A DNA stretch of 50,469 bases from a virus, in the IMG/VR virus record IMGVR_UViG_3300004883_000001, positions 1-50,469 of that record. One strand, written 5' to 3'. Shown piece after piece: positions 49,166 through 50,469 of the stretch. The notes below the pieces were generated by a model. It was not told the origin of the DNA. It ran no database searches and saw only the letters and a list, made by a program, of their open reading frames with translations. Numbering within the stretch: position 1 is the first letter of the stretch; each line of letters opens with the position of its first letter. Position numbers and translations under genes: made by a program.

Positions 49166-50469
49166 CTATTCCTTCTTATTCATCTGTTCTTCGATGGTCT
49201 TTTGAAGCTGCTTCTGCTGCCGCTCTTTCTCAAAGCGACGCTGCACAGTATTAGCTAACGAGTCTACATCGCTGAAACGATTAACACGTTGGACAATCTT
49301 ATTCCAGAGGATAGGGTCATCTACGATTTGCTGGTAAGTCGAGATGATTTCCATGTTCTCGTCGGTCTTATCAGGGTTGTTAAAAGCTTCGGTACGTAAG
49401 TTCGAAATAAGCTTAGCCGTATCTTCTACAATCTTACGGTCATCACTCATGTACTTCATCATGGTAGCTGTGTCGTTCATGGTGTTGTTGCCAATACCGA
49501 ACATCATTGCTATAGCCTCAGGTTTAGTAACCTCAGAGTCAACCAGTAAGCCTTTACGGCTGTAGAGTTGACCATACTTAAACGCCACCCAACCTTTGTG
49601 AGCATTGTTATAGCTTGAGATGTTTTGAGCTAGGTTATGAAGAGTACGCTTCCCTAGAGGGTTTCCGAAATCACCGTTTATAGCGGCAGAGTGTTTACCA
49701 AGGATTGAAAGAGAGTTGTAAGCCTCGGCAACTGAAACAGAGTTAAAAGTATCGGTAATTGACTGACCACTAACCCCACCTAAGATGTTAAGCATGGACT
49801 TGTCACCGTAAGGGGACTCGTTCAACATGTCGGCCCAAAGGTTAGCAGCAAAAGCTCCTGTACCAATACGGTCTCCGGCGTTGATGTCTGTCTCTCCGCC
49901 TATAGCCATGTTTAGGGCGGTATCAACCAATCCTCGGTCTAAAGCATAAGCAACAGTACCTTTCTCGAAAGACTGTCCACGTTGGTTCTTGACAATCTCA
50001 CCGGCAATATGTGTCCCGATGAAACCAGCAGAGCCGTACATAAGAACCTGAGAGCCTAGCAGGCGTCTCTTCTGCTGAGCTGTCAGCTTAGTGCCAACGA
50101 ACTGCATCTCCGTCAGACGGATAGGGTACGACCAGAACTGTGTGGGGATTGAGGCAAGACCTTTCTGGAAGCCAGCAGCAGAGTCAGACATCATCTGAAA
50201 CGCATAAGTCTCAGTCTTGTCCATCACCTGCTTCATTGCAGCGCCGTCGAAACGGCTTATAGGTTTACCAATCTGGTCGCGCACTTCTCTCCACGCAATT
50301 GTGAAGGCCACTGAGCGGTTGAACCTTTCAGGAGCGAAGAAGAATGTTCCAGATACTTGTTTGGCTTTCTCCCAAGCAGTACCGTAGCGGCCTTTACCTG
50401 TTAAAGCTCCTGTAGTCGTGTTAGCTAGCTGATGCGAGGTACCAATAGTATCCAGACCAGATTGCTTGA
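49166..50469 (-). CDS. Giant virion protein, C-terminal part (continuation of 1..3427 across the junction)
   Basis: The track ORF 49166..50311 starts at an internal GTG. The frame stays open upstream to the window end and joins base 1 in phase (50371 corresponds to base 1). Confidence 0.8.
   Translation of the reverse strand, partial: KQSGLDTIGTSHQLANTTTGALTGKGRYGTAWEKAKQVSGTFFFAPERFNRSVAFTIAWREVRDQIGKPISRFDGAAMKQVMDKTETYAFQMMSDSAAGFQKGLASIPTQFWSYPIRLTEMQFVGTKLTAQQKRRLLGSQVLMYGSAGFIGTHIAGEIVKNQRGQSFEKGTVAYALDRGLVDTALNMAIGGETDINAGDRIGTGAFAANLWADMLNESPYGDKSMLNILGGVSGQSITDTFNSVSVAEAYNSLSILGKHSAAINGDFGNPLGKRTLHNLAQNISSYNNAHKGWVAFKYGQLYSRKGLLVDSEVTKPEAIAMMFGIGNNTMNDTATMMKYMSDDRKIVEDTAKLISNLRTEAFNNPDKTDENMEIISTYQQIVDDPILWNKIVQRVNRFSDVDSLANTVQRRFEKERQQKQLQKTIEEQMNKKE
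50371..50469. repeat. Terminal overlap, second copy (identical to 1-99)
   Basis: Read directly. Confidence 0.95.

Noticed and set aside
1-50469. Searched by eye for CRISPR-like arrays, integrase/repressor/excisionase genes, reverse transcriptase/DGR elements, inteins or introns in TerL, helicase and polymerase, and signs of stop-codon reassignment
   Set aside because: None were found. There are no arrays of 25-40-nt repeats and no tyrosine/serine recombinase motifs. The large enzymes are co-linear with their families, and all genes close normally under the standard code.

Overview
The window is one complete, circularly closed phage genome. Bases 1-99 repeat exactly at 50371-50469, giving a unique unit of 50,370 bp. 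The layout resembles a T7-supergroup podovirus, but I found no recognisable phage RNA polymerase, integrase or repressor. A rightward (+) early/replication arm runs from about 15.7 to 39.8 kb. It holds small membrane and unknown proteins, a seven-gene gamma-glutamyl/amidoligase block, tRNA-Tyr, primase-helicase, family-A DNA polymerase, a gp2.5-like SSB, a Cas4-like exonuclease, a T7-type endonuclease I, a DnaQ-like exonuclease and an HD hydrolase. A leftward (-) packaging/structural/lysis arm starts at 15,669 and wraps through the window ends to 39,841. It holds a small-terminase candidate, an HNH-motif protein, TerL, portal, scaffold, capsid, tail tube A/B, core proteins, tailspike/fibres, holin-like proteins and an M15 endolysin. 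One core ORF of 1,543 aa crosses the window junction and is therefore missing from the ORF track. The two arms diverge from a 2.3-kb ORF-poor control region (15.67-17.93 kb) and converge on a bidirectional terminator (39.78-39.82 kb). Four things deserve a second look. (1) An exact 11-mer TAATCTATCAT occurs 12 times, plus one CAATCTATCAT, only on the + strand and only between 16.6 and 31.7 kb, often sharing its TAA with a stop codon. (2) A phiEco32-type operon (22.75-29.22 kb) combines two GS-like COOH-NH2 ligases, an ATP-grasp, class-I and class-II glutamine amidotransferases and a gamma-glutamyl cyclotransferase; its product is unknown. (3) The control region contains a perfect consensus sigma70 promoter facing a rightward promoter, iteron-like repeats, a 30-nt polypurine tract and ORF-free hairpin-rich blocks. 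(4) A nucleotide-pool trio (HD hydrolase, PnuC-like 3-TM protein, DUF5664/MazZ-N-like protein) sits at the end of the early arm. All functional calls rest on motif recognition by eye and on gene order; no database search was possible.
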